Positions 51,238 to 64,000 of a DNA stretch of 64,000 nt are shown here, piece by piece (position 1 is the first letter of the stretch; the number at the start of each line of letters is the position of its first letter). The stretch is taken from positions 26,412,001 to 26,476,000 of the forward strand of contig OX597817.1 in the NCBI GenBank assembly GCA_951406725.2. The letters are read 5' to 3'. A model generated the notes under the pieces. The model was not told the DNA's origin. It worked only from the letters and a program-made list of their open reading frames with translations, and did not search any database. The stretch is from Octopus vulgaris. Lineage: Eukaryota. Position numbers and translations under genes: made by a program.

Positions 51238-51630
51238 TTTTGTGCCTTATAATTTAACACACTCACCGGTAAAATTTCCACTTATTTCTTATTTTCATTT
51301 TTCTAAAATTTTCGTTGCATCTTGCAACCTTTTCAGTAATCTTGATTCTGTCTGTTATTTACACTGCTACATACTGACCCACACACATGCGCACAAACAA
51401 ACAAAAAGGAACGCAGTGTAAATAACGGACAGAGTCAAGACTATTGAAAAGGTTGCAAGATGCAATGAAAATTTTAGGAAAATAAAAATTAAAATAAATG
51501 GAAATTTTACCGGTGAGTGTGTCAAATTATAAGGCACAAAAAGAAAATGACTCTCTCCAGACACAACAGAATATGCTTCAACACACGAACTCATGTAAAG
51601 AATCTTGCAAACCAAATCCAAAAACGAAAT
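51238..51630 (+). mobile_element. Fold-back family C element, copy 2
   Basis: Arms 51238-51366 and 51414-51630; same 47-nt spacer as copy 1; AAATACTTATGAACT at 51223-51237 and 51627-51641. Confidence 0.9.
51441..51477 (+). ncRNA. Minimal hammerhead motif, U3:A8 variant
   Basis: cta-TTGAAAA-g-GTTGCA aga TGCAAT-GAAA-at-TT-tag. Confidence 0.6.
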
Positions 51631-52416
51631 ACTTATGAACTAAATATTCCATGAATTTACCAAATTGTTCTCTGGTCAGAGCCACATATAAGAAAAGTAA
51701 TTTTCTCTCTTCCTCTACCCACACATTGCACACGTGTCCATGAGCATGCACACACACACACATAACATGTTCACTCATATATGTAAAAGAATTAAATAGC
51801 TATAATGATGAAAATAAAATAAAGCATAAATCCATGTCAATATTTTTTAATTACTGTTTTTTCCAAGTTAATTAGTGTTGGTCACATAGCTTGAACATTA
51901 GTATTTGGTGTAAAACAAAATTCTTAATGTTTTAACTAAGTTCTTGGGAAAAATGAATAAATGTTTTTAAAATGATCGAATAACAGAATTACAAGATTTA
52001 TTGGTCATCAGAATTATGGATTTGTTATCATATCAACCACAATAAATTATCATTTAAAGAAATTCCCAATGACATGATATGAATATAATCAGTACTTTGA
52101 AAATAATTGATTTTGGAAAGTTGAAGCAGTGAATATTTTAGTTAATCATATACAAACAGACCACTATTAAAATATTTCATCATTATATATCATGATATTA
52201 TATTCAGAAAATTAAATAATGGAAGAGTGATGGTACAAGAAATCAAATAAAAACAATGTGGAAAATCTGGAGAAAAAGAAATATATTTTTTACATACGAA
52301 TAAAAAAAATGTCTTTCAAATAAATGTTAGAATGGAATAGAAGATCATGAATCATTAGAAAAAAATTTAGTCTCAGTACATGACTGACAAGATCATTATT
52401 TTAAATATTTTATTAT

Positions 52417-52860
52417 AAAGGTGGTAAGCAGGCAAAATTGTTAGCATTCCAGGCAAAATGCTTAGTGGTGAGTTGGCAGAATCGTTAGCACGCCGGGCAA
52501 AATGCATAGCGGTATTTCATCTGTCGCTACGTTCTGAGTTCAAATTCCGCGGAGGTCGACTTTGCCTTTCATCCTTTCGGGGTCGATAAATTAAAGTACC
52601 AGTTATGCACTAGGGTCGATGTAATCGACTTAATACTTATGTCTGTCCTTGTTTGTCCCCTCTATGTTTAGCCCCCTGTGGGTAATAAAGAAATAGGTAT
52701 TTCATCCATCTTTATGTTCTGAGTTCAAACTCCACTGAGGTCACTTTGCCTGTCATCCTTTTCGGGTTCCATAAAGTAAGTACCATTTGAGCACTGGGGG
52801 GTCGATGTAATCAACTTAACCCCTCCCCTAAATTGCAGGCCTTGTACCAAAATTTGAAAC
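52417..52860 (+). mobile_element. SINE B (52467-52695) nested in an older SINE B'
   Basis: Host resumes at GGTATTTCATC. Confidence 0.85.
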
Positions 52861-53271
52861 TAATGTTCAGTCTCACAAGGATTCTTTTGTAGTGTTATTT
52901 AACACTAACCAATTGACTTCATGTGATGATTCAGTTTGTTAGAAATAGCAACTAAATCTTCAAATCAAACCTTAATATCATAAATAAAGAAGTATACATC
53001 GGTAAATGCCAATCCCCAATAAACAAAAAAAAAAGGTATAACTTTTAATAAGCTATGGCTGCAATGAACTAAAAGATAAAACACTTACTTGGTCACTGAA
53101 TTTGCTAACAATAACAGCAAAGTCCCCTTAAATCATACACTATTAACTTTTAAAAAATGGATGAACATATTACATAACATGCTCTTAGATAGAAAGAAAT
53201 ATTTGTTATCAATGGTCAATTTGATCAGGGTTTATGTGGGCAAGACAAAAACCAGCTGTGTAGAACTGGAA

Positions 53272-53705
53272 GTGCAGATAGAGCTGTATGGTTAAGAGGT
53301 CCTCTTTGCTTCCATTTAGTTTGTAGTTCAGCCCACTTGTGAAGCATATCGGTTAAATGTCTGCATTTATAACAGTTGCCTGGCTAATGCCTTGTGAGTA
53401 AATTTGATACATAGAAACTGTGTGAAAGCCCATTGCCAATGTAGATATGTAGGTATATATGTGTTTTTGTAATTGTGTTGTACTGTTTGACAACTTTCAT
53501 TTTTTTGTTTACATCCCTGTGACTTAACAGTCTGGCAAAACAAGTCAAACAAAATAAATACCAATCTTAAAAACAGGCTCTATTTTTTTGATAATCACTT
53601 CAAGACAGTACTCTGGAGTGGCCACAATCACTTCATGACTACTCCGGGGTGGCCACAATCACTTCAAGATAGTACTCCAATGACTGTGAAATGAGTAAAA
53701 GAGTA
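53272..53705 (+). mobile_element. Old degenerate SINE A
   Basis: Colinear remnants including GCCTTGTGAGTAAATTTG and the AGTAAAAGAGTA tail. Confidence 0.6.
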
Positions 53706-55817
53706 TATAAGTTCCAAAATTTGACTGAATCAGAATTCCTTTGATAGTGTACAATATCTTCATTCAGTTTGGTCCTTCTACCAACTTCCAATTACTTGTT
53801 CATGCTATTGTATCATCTTTGCATTTTAAGTAATACATGTAGAAGGAACTATGGAAGAGAAGAACTAGGGAAGGCTTGGGCAGAAGAGATGAAATCTTAT
53901 CTCAGGTTGCTGAGCCTCACAAATATAATGAATGACTGAGACAATTGTCAAATTCATGCTGGTAAAATCCTGTTCAATTTATGCAAGCATTGAAAAATGA
54001 ATGAAAAGTGATGAGGATGATGATTATGTCACATGAAGTGTGTATGTGAGATAAAATTTCACTGTTTCAATAATAGTGAATTTCTAGCATGATATAAAGA
54101 AGTTTCTTATTCAAGCACAGTAATTGAGAAACTGGAATGAATAAGTAGTCATAAAGAGCAGGCATGATTTTATGCAGCAACTTAACTACAAATATATATG
54201 AAGATCATCTCATTACAAATTACATACATAAAACTTCAATTTCGCAAGACATTGAAAGAACATTGTCACTCATTAAAATTCAAATATATCTTATTCTAAT
54301 TATAATAGTCTTACATTAGAGGCATATCAATAAAATAAGTACCAATTTGAAATAAGCTCTGGGTATTTGAGTTAAAATAATCAACTAAACCCATAAATGT
54401 AGTATCTCAGTCTGGCAGCATTCTAATAACCGAAACCCATTAAAAAATATACAACTAGAAGAAAAATATATGAATCACATAATAATCGTGAAGAAATATT
54501 ATTTTTATAACATTTTATATATTTTTCGAAAATTTTATAGGTTCCAGATGGGTTAGACAGAACACCAACGAAACTGAAAGTTGAAAAAGTGCATTTAAAG
54601 AATGAATAAATTTCTTGAGAATATTGATTTCTTTCATAGATATCAGAAAGCCTATACTTTATTTGGTGGAGTTATTTTGTGAAGTTGATTTAATCAGTCC
54701 CTAGTACTTAAACGATTTGTATTTTATCAATTCTGTGAAGATGAAAGGAAAAGACAACATCATAAAAAATTTAAGTCAAGATTATTCTTACGTTGATAGA
54801 AGACTAATAATTTTTAAGTGAAAGGAAGTATAATTGACTGATTCAACAACTGTCCATAACTAGTATCTATCTTATGGACCTACAGGAGGCAGAGATGTCA
54901 AAAATGGAGTAAAGTTCAGTATGATATGAATTCAGAATAGAGGGATAATGTTAAAGACAGTGAAGCCTTGTGGTTTATTTTATTAATCACTCTACTACTA
55001 TAAACTGAATATCAATAACAGAGGCTCTTTTCACTTCATATTAATCATAGTATATTGTTTCACATGTAAAAGCATTGAGAGGATTGAGTATGTGTCGTGT
55101 ATATGTGTATGTATGTATAGACATGTGTATCAGTATGTGTATGTGTGTGTGAGTTGGTGATGGCTACAACAGTACTTTCAGATGTTTTAGGGCTCCTGTA
55201 GCATGAAATAGAAAATTTGCTTCTTTCCTGATATATATGTGTCACACGTATGATGATGTACAGTAGTGATAAAAAAAAAAAATGCAAAGTAAAGATCCAC
55301 AATGAATGAAGAAGAATTAGTTTTCTATGGTACACCGTATGTGCAAAATGAATTTAAGTGGAAAGGAGTGGAGACAAATTAATCAGTAAGAAAAGCTCTG
55401 AGAGATTCATGGCATGTGCCTCATATATCTTTGCTGTAACACATAAAGTGCAATGAAGTGGTAATAAATAGTATACAGGCTAGAATTAGGCCAAAGACAA
55501 TTCGATGAAATTTAATGAAAGGTACTTAGAGGGAAACGTATTTAAAATGTGCCATTAAAATGAAAGACAATTTGTGAAGGTTATGATGAACATAGATAAA
55601 ACTGTCTTTTAGACCAGAATTTAAAATAACTAAGTTGATGAATTGCTCCAAATGCTCAAAGCCCTTCACATGTTTAATGTATTCTCCCATAAACCACAAA
55701 AACTAACTGAAATATAACTGGAGAATCTTAAGATGTAATTAGACTGTCTAGTTAGCAAAATTCTTTAAAAACCAATCATCTGACAGAAACTTACACAATG
55801 GTTATCATTTAAGCATA

Positions 55818-55866
<49 letters not shown>

Positions 55867-56051
55867 CTATAATTTCTATATATATATATATATATTTGCA
55901 TAAAGTTTAATCAACATGCTGTTGTCAAGCATGTTTATTAAACTTTAAATAAATTTAATAATAACAGAGACAGAGACTATTAGTGAAATGCTTACAATTC
56001 ATATATGCATATTTATAAGGCAACTTACTTATGTATTCTCTTTACTCATTT

Positions 56052-56475
56052 AAGGCGGCGAGCTGGCAGAAGCTTTAGCACGCCGGGCGAAATGCATAGC
56101 CATATTTCGTCTGCCACTACATTGTGAGTTCAAATTCTGCCGAGGTTGACTTTGCCTTTCATTCTTTCGGGGTCGATAAATTAAGTACCAGTTACTCGCT
56201 GGGGTAGATGCAATCGACTTTATCCCTTTGTCTGTCCTTGTTTGTCCCCTCTATGTTTAGCCCCTTGTGGGCAATAAAGAAATATCTTTACTCTTTTAAT
56301 CTTTTATTTGTTTCAGTCATTTGACTGCAGCCATACTGGCGCACCGCCATTAGTCAAAACAAATTGACCCTAGAACTTATTCTTTGTAAGCTTAGCACTT
56401 ATTTTATCAGTCTCTTTTGCCAAACTATTAAGTTACGGGGTCGTAGACACTCCAACTTTGGTTGTCAAGTGATGG
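56052..56475. mobile_element. SINE B (+, 56052-56284) inserted in the tail of a SINE A 3' half (-)
   Basis: TCTTTACTC.TTTAA TSD. Confidence 0.85.
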
Positions 56476-58063
56476 AAACTGACAGATGCTAAACAACCAT
56501 AACAACAATCCCATGTACCTATGAAACAACTTCTACAGGGATGGCTGAGCTGCAAGAAATAGCAACTAAATTTCACTCAAAAGATTCCATACAGTCTGAA
56601 AAAAAAGCCAACAAATTGTCCAAGGAATGATACACCTAGAAACAATGGTAGAACGATCATACCTAGAACAGCTGAGGCCCGTCTGTCAAGAGCTGACTTG
56701 GTGCAAATAAACAACATGCAAATAGAAAGTAAAAGAGTTGGGAAGGTCAGATTTTGAGTTGCCATATCACAGATTTTTTGTGTAATTAGACAATACACCT
56801 CAATGATATTGGTTTCGTTAACTAAGGTTACAAAATACCTACCAGACTATTCGAGTACAATGCCAGTAATAAATATGAATTCTACTTGGGGAAATATTTA
56901 TTTCTAACCACTTAATTCCCTGGAGCATGAGGTAACAATCAGTTCTTGTATGTTGCTTTGGCACATATAAAAAAATGGTTAATGGTCATTAGGCTATTTT
57001 GGTTTTGAACTTTGAAAATCTTTAAACCCTCAAAGTATCAAATCATAACATTGTCTAAGGTAAAGTTTTTCAGAGGAGAAAAAGCAAGTTTCCTTTCTGA
57101 AGTTTGAAAAGAATGTGCACAAACAGTTGCATTTCATAAACTTAAGATGTTTTTTAAGCAAAGTATATTTCTAAGACAATTTTGAATGTTTAAGTCATTA
57201 ACTATGTATGTGTGATTTGCTAGATGATGTGGTCAAAAGAAAATGCTATCAAAATTGACGTTTAAAATCTCAATCACTTCTGTTACATCTTGGTACACAG
57301 TATTTTAGAACATAACCTAGTAACGATTTCTTTTCCTGTTCTTTTAGAAGAAAAAGATTCATATTCTTATTCTGAAACAGTTCAGCAGAAGATTTTGTAA
57401 ATTAAAATACAAACAAATTTTATAAAGAAAAAAGAGAATGTTTAAACTCATATTACAAAATATGACTGCCTTAAATCTAAGAATATTTTTATAAATTTTG
57501 TTGGGTTTTATTATTATTTTATTATTATGATATTTGACAACACTTACGCAGTTATTTTATACATATATAAGTATTCTTTAAATGATATTTCAATATATTT
57601 TCTAAGTGTCAACTTCTAATTGGCAAAATGAGTGACAACATCCTTAACTGTCTGTCATAAAGGATTATGGTGACTGAACAACTAAATCTGTGCACGATAG
57701 CTTGTAAAATTAGTGAGTACAAGAATATAACCTACGTGATGTATGCTAAGCCTAAACGGTAATGATCTTCTGGCATAATTACTGTGATAAATGCATTTTA
57801 GATTATGCTAAATTGCCTAGTGTAAGCCAAGCTAGAATTAATTTATAAGCCTATTAAATGTTGTTGATGTTTGTTACCACAGTTAAACCTGTTTAAGAAA
57901 TCTTTGTTTCATTGATAATTAATTGAATCAAACAGTCAACGAATGAGTTTTCCTATAACCATCCTTTTTTTAATAATAAGGTTTGTAAAAGATTTTCAGC
58001 ATGAGAGGTGAGATTTTATTTCAAAGTAGGTAAGGAGTTTTGGGGGGATATTCTAGTGACTGT

Positions 58064-58368
58064 GGAGGCACAATGGCCCAGTGGTTAGAGCAGCAGACTC
58101 GCGGTTGAAGGCTCATGATTTCGATTCCCAGACTGGCCGTTGTGAGTGTTTATTTAGCGAAAACACCTAATGCTCCACGAGGCTCCAGCAGGGGGGGGGG
58201 GTCCCTGCTGTACTCTTTCGCCACAACTTTCTCTCACTCTTTCTTCTGTTGGCCTGCTTGCTTAGCCAGTGGAGTGGCGTCATTTGAAGGCTAAAACAAT
58301 GTGAAGCGCATTGTAACCAGCGATGTGTGGCAACAACTGATAGCCTGGTCAGTCATGGTGATTATGGT
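58064..58368 (+). mobile_element. SINE head D plus tail Y
   Basis: Head matches 25874; ATTCTAGTRACTRT TSD. Confidence 0.85.
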
Positions 58369-59640
58369 GATTCTAGTAACTATACAGAAGCTGTGAGTAG
58401 CTATTTCTACTGCTTGATGGTTAAAACTAATTTATTATATCAAGGGAATAAAACATACTTTCAAGTAGCCTACAAATTTCACTGCATTAAAACATGCATA
58501 ATGTTTGATTATTATTTTAATAATCCATTGGTACTTAAATCCTCAGATATAAATTACAAGATGGGAAACTTGTAAAATGTTGAATAACTAATTCTGTAAT
58601 TACTTTCTGTTGTACATCCTCTCATCTTATAAAATTGATAGCCAGTTACTTCAGTTTACATCAAAATGAAAATAAAAAATAAACAAAGGAATAATAATAA
58701 TTTTCTATGTTATATGGAAACATTCATATTTCTATTCATAATATAGAACCAAATTTGGCTGTGAATGACATGTGGTATGGAGCATAAAATTGCTATCTGT
58801 CTCTTACAAGATGTCTAAAAGTATTCTGGGTTACCTAAGAAATTTGAATGATTGCATACAGAAGGTTATGATTGACTGTGTTTGCCTCTGTAAACATGTG
58901 CATGTTTCAGAAAAAAGATAGATAATATAGAAAATATTAACAGATCAGTGACCTAATCATTAAGATACTAAGCAAGTGAGTGAAAGAACTGTGAAGGTCA
59001 TGGAGAAGATACTGCGTTGCATATAAGAGCAGACTGATGGATTTACAATTATTGTTGTTTTGTTAGCAGCAACTGAAAAGTTTATATTCATAACCAGCTC
59101 ACCTCATCTTAAGATTGAAGCCTAGAATCACAGAGATTTGGAAGATAATGGCTACTCTTTCAGATATCTTGTGTATCAATCACTCATTTGAAGATCTGAA
59201 GCATAATCACATATTTATATACGTAGTTATTTATTCTATAGTGAATCTGCTAGCTTCGTTATTTCACATTGATCTTGTTTGACCACAGTTAACGAATGAA
59301 TAATCCAATCACTGCTAAGAGAACAGGAATTGTTGAGATAGATAGCTGTGTGATGCTGGCTGAATATCTCTGATATCAATTTTTTATATCACAAGAGAGA
59401 AAATGGTAATTAATGCTCATTTGTAGTCAGGATACAATACTATAAAGAAAAATGTTACACAGAATACATTATGGAACTACTGAGGGATATGACTCATTAC
59501 TCCAATCCTCTTATGCAGATAAATACTCAAATGTCAGTTGGAAACAAGGAACAAATTTTATGAAGTAAAAGAATTTGAAAGCCAAAGATTTCAGCTTCAT
59601 TTTAGTTTCTGGTTAAAATACTTTTGTCTGCATGGCTTCT

Positions 59641-59980
59641 GAGAGACCCCCTTCGATCATGACATAGACCATAGGATTGCACCTAGAGAGTTACCCTCCC
59701 AGGCACAAGTCTGGGCAAGGTTGTTTATGGTAGACCAGCAGTCGCACACGCATACCAGCCTCCCCTCTCCATGCCACCAATGTTATCCAAGGGGAAGACA
59801 AAGGCAGATACAGTTTGGCTCCTGTGATGTCGTAACTCATTTCTACAGCGGAGTGAACTGGAGCAATGTGAAATAAAATGTCTTGCTCAAGAACACAACA
59901 TGCAGCCTGGTCCAGGATTCGAGCTCACAACCTCACGATCGTAAGCTCGACGCTCTAACCACTGAGCCATGTGTCTTCAC
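59641..59980 (-). mobile_element. SINE head G plus tail Z
   Basis: Matches 34326-34663; CTGCATGGCTT TSD. Confidence 0.85.
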
Positions 59981-60303
59981 ACTGCATGGCTTAAACTCTT
60001 GAAAAATAAAGTTTTGGAGACTTAACACCAATAAAAAATTTTTTTACAATATTATCATAATCATTATTACAAATACTGGAGTGACAGAAATTGTAGAACG
60101 TCAGACTAAATGCTTATTAGTATATAATTTGGACAATTTTATGCTTTGATACCAAAACATGTTTAAGCCAAGTCTAATTTCCAGACTTTTAGGTTTTGTA
60201 ATATTTGAAGTATTTATTGGAGTTCAATCAACTATGCTTGCTCCCCAGTGATCTTCTAAATTTATACCAATCAAAGTCCTCCTCCTCCTCCTCCTCCTCC
60301 TCC

Positions 60304-60335
<32 letters not shown>

Positions 60336-60589
60336 GTCGTCGTCATCATCTATTTCTGAGAAATATATCACAGGGACATAACACTGTGCATGCAAATAAA
60401 TTCTGGAATACAAAAAAAAAGAAAAAAAAGAAAATGAGGATAATGATGATGGTGACAATAGTTTCTCAAACTAATAAGGGACTTTCTACACAGTTGCTGA
60501 ACCTACTAGAAATAGCAACCATTTCTCCCTGACATCAGAATCTATCACATAAGAAGAGAAAGATACTTTCAATAATGTAATCTTATATA

Positions 60590-60986
60590 TCTTTATATAT
60601 AAAAGTGAAGTTGTGTGTCTATCTTCTACGATTTAGATTCCTAACTACTCCCACATTTTGCAGTGCAGTGTAACCAAAACCGGGTATCTTATAGACGTGA
60701 TTCATATCGAGCCCTTCTGGGTACTAGCGCGCATCTACGGTGAGTCTACGATTTAAAAAAAAATTTACCATAATTTTTTTCCATTTTAAGGCATTTTTTC
60801 GCTATTATATAAGGGAAGTAACTCTCTAAAAATGTCTACGATGAGTCAACGATTTAAAAAAATTTACCATAATTTTTTTTCCATTTTTAATGCATTTTTT
60901 TTGCTATTTTTTGGCTATAAATCTCTAAAAATGCTTATATAGTTATTTCCCTTACAAACCCGAGCAACGCCGGGCGATACTGCTAG
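60590..60986 (+). mobile_element. Non-autonomous Helitron
   Basis: A|TC 5' end, subterminal CCCG..CGGG hairpin, CTAG|T 3' end, internal roughly 90-bp tandem repeat. Confidence 0.85.
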
Positions 60987-61372
60987 TATATATATAAAAG
61001 GACTTACTGTGATGTTTGGAATAGATCAGTGTTGGCATGAAGGCGAATATCAACAACAACAGTGATAAATCCTCCAAACCTATTAACTTAAGCTACTTGT
61101 ATGTATTCCTCATTGTACTATATCATCTACGTGTATTTAAACCTCCATATTTCTGCACTAGATACCTTTTTAGTCTTCTGCTCCACTCCTCTCTTTCTCT
61201 ATTGCTCTCTGTCAGCCTTTCTTTCTCTCTCTCTCAGTTTCTTTTTCTTTTTGTCTTACTCTATACAAATTTATATCTCTCTTGAATTCCTTCACTATCT
61301 CTCCCTTGTACAATCTAAACTTGAAAAGATCTACTCAAATATTCATAACTTGTATTGATATAAGAACTCAAA

Positions 61373-61748
61373 TCGCTATATATAAAGCTGAAGTTGTCTC
61401 TGTGTGTGTGGCAGGTTTGGTAGCCTTCAACTAACACTATCTCCTCTGAGACCCTTCGGCGCAAGTTGACCAAAATTACAAGTATGATAGAAGAAGGCTT
61501 GCTCTTCATTCCGTAGAAGAAAAAATTCAAATCAGACCATGCTAACACCAAAAATCATTACATCAAAAAGGTGCTTTTTTTCTATGAAAATCATTATTTT
61601 TTCCGATTTTTTGACTGCTGTGTCGTCATTTTTCAGTGTATTTCAACCAGGAAAAGCTACATAATGCAAAATTTTTACTTTTCAAAAATTCAAATTCTAA
61701 AGGGTCGAAAAGAAAACAAACCAGAGCAACGCCGGGCCATACTGCTAG
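61373..61748 (+). mobile_element. Non-autonomous Helitron, related family
   Basis: Shares TATATATAAA..TGAAGTTGT 5' end and GAGCAACGCCGGGC.ATACTGCTAG 3' end with 60590. Confidence 0.85.
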
Positions 61749-61994
61749 TTATATTGATATAAGAACTCAGATCAGTATAGGGGTTTATGTCAATCCCAAG
61801 GCTTTACTTGTACTCGTACTAAATTCATGGAACCTGGAACAATAAAAGATAAAATTCTTAATTGCAGGATTCAAAACCAGGACACATGGAGCTGCAACTA
61901 AATACAGCAAAGCATTTTCAAAATACTGCAAATATTTTCTTGGAAGATAGATTTCATTAACACCATCTGAATGAGAACATCTGGTTTTCCTCAG

Positions 61995-62000
61995 ATTATA

Positions 62001-62044
<44 letters not shown>

Positions 62045-62098
62045 ACGTTTATATATTTATTGGCTAAACTGGCAAAATGACCATTCCGAAATATAACA

Positions 62099-62152
<54 letters not shown>

Positions 62153-62169
62153 CATACATATATATATAT

Positions 62170-62212
<43 letters not shown>

Positions 62213-62215
62213 GTG

Positions 62216-62270
<55 letters not shown>
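61995..62270. repeat. (TA)n/(TG)n microsatellite with a Penelope-type terminal fragment (62058-62100)
   Basis: Fragment is the reverse complement of 6437-6477. Confidence 0.8.
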
Positions 62271-62271
<1 letters not shown>

Positions 62272-62792
62272 GAAAAACATACACTAGTGGAGGGAATTTT
62301 GCTTTACATTCCTCGATAATTTATATATCAGCTTAATTTATATATTAATCAATTGACTATGTTTTGCTTTGTTTTGCCTAAGAAAGAAATTAGTATTTCA
62401 ATTTCATCCATTAACTATTCAAAATTGTTATTGTTTTGATCAGAATGAAAAGACTAATTTCTGGTTTATTTATTTATTTATTTATCAATTTAGTTATTTA
62501 TTTTTCTTTTCTTTTACATTCTTATACTGAGGAAAAATATATTTGCTCAGCTAATAGATAACATGACTACAAACAGCTTAAAAGCAAAAATTGTTTTCCA
62601 TATTCTCTGATTATCTAAAAATTGTATTCTTTTCCTTTAAATAGGAAATAATTATAAATAAACATAACATAGTATAAAAATTGCAAACGAAAATATTTCT
62701 CTAAAAATTGGCTTTTAAATTGTGAGATTTTTTTAACTCTTAGCTATAACATTGTATTTGATTCTCTTCTCTTTAAAACATCTAAATGTGCA

Positions 62793-62859
<67 letters not shown>

Positions 62860-63244
62860 CCACAAAGTTTAGTAAACTAATGAGAATAAGAAGAAATATT
62901 TGCAATTTTGAAATGACAAAGAGAAGATCTCAAAAATGCTATCACATTTTTAAATGGATTTCAAATGAAATATTGTATAATAGTATATTTTTGATAAAAT
63001 GATTAAGGCTCATTGCATGCAAAACTTATCAGTCATGTATGAGAATGCAACTTAAGCAGAATGTAACTGCTACTATGTTTGTGCTTGTGTATGTGTGTGT
63101 GTACGTGTGTGTGAGAGAGAGAGAGAGAGATTCTGTGAGTGAATGTCTGCATGCACTTTATATCAAAACTTCCAAAATTGAACATTGTCATATAGGAGTT
63201 CCTATAGAATAATATGAATACACAAAAATTTTAATCTTACTTTT

Positions 63245-63411
63245 ATGTATGTATGGCATGAATATATGTACAAATATAATTACATATATAAATATGTATA
63301 CAAATTCAGAGTATTTAATTCAAAAATCAAAGTATACAACACCAATATAATGATAATGATCCAATACACATGCACACACACATATATATACATACATACA
63401 CACACACACAC

Positions 63412-63474
<63 letters not shown>

Positions 63475-63765
63475 CATATATATATTTATATACATACATA
63501 TAAATTCATATATATATATTTATATACATACATATAAATTCATATATATATATATTTATATACATACATATACATATATAAATACATACATACACATACA
63601 CACACACATATATATATATATATGTAAATATAAATATATATATAAATGTATGTATATACATATATATGAGCAAAATTCATATATAACTACATTGATAAAT
63701 AGATACACATACACACATATATATACACGCATACTGACAAAGACACACATGCACATATGTATAGA
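63245..63765. repeat. Degenerate (TA)/(CA) microsatellite field
   Basis: Seen directly; source of the Y/I/H/T ORFs. Confidence 0.9.
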
Positions 63766-64000
63766 TCTATTATCTGTGAATGTATGTACGTTCAGTGAAA
63801 ATACCATGCAAAGAATTATCATGTAAGTGTGTGAGACATGACTTATATGGAGATTTTTCACACTAATTTCTGATTACAATGCGAAGCACATTTGATTTGG
63901 TGAAAAACCATCAATCACACATTACTTCGATCCCAAACAGTGGCACCAACTCATTGAATTTATAGCATAAAATAGGCTGAGACCCATTCAACAACTAGTT

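Noticed and set aside
58064-58140. tRNA-like sequences (also the heads of other SINEs)
   Set aside because: SINE heads with body, tail and TSD, not tRNA genes
63245-63861. 193-aa ORF and similar Y/I/H/T-rich ORFs (also 35000-35950 and 62000-62320)
   Set aside because: Dinucleotide microsatellites lack stop codons
1-64000. CRISPR array, rRNA or prokaryotic operon
   Set aside because: No regularly spaced repeat-spacer array or rRNA motif; the sequence is eukaryotic repeat-rich DNA

Overview
AT-rich eukaryotic genomic DNA. The SINE families and the TA/CA/TAA/ATC microsatellite load look like an Octopus (coleoid cephalopod) intronic or intergenic region; this assignment is from recognition, not a search. 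No intact host gene is recognisable, and nearly all ORF-track entries are microsatellite or SINE artefacts. The window holds: dozens of tRNA-derived SINEs built from shuffled modules; 3' fragments of R4/Dong, RTE and CR1/L2 LINEs; a Merlin-like MITE; two non-autonomous Helitrons; a decayed Neptune-type Penelope element with an inverted arm; and several short Penelope-type elements lodged in microsatellites. The most striking hidden signal is a set of about 12 minimal type-I hammerhead ribozyme motifs from at least 6 unrelated sequence families. Their catalytic-core 3:8 pair covaries across families as C3:G8 (canonical), U3:A8 (two families) and G3:C8 (one family). One U3:A8 family is a mobile fold-back element, present twice with target-site duplications (TSDs), in which the ribozyme is preceded by its own antisense copy.
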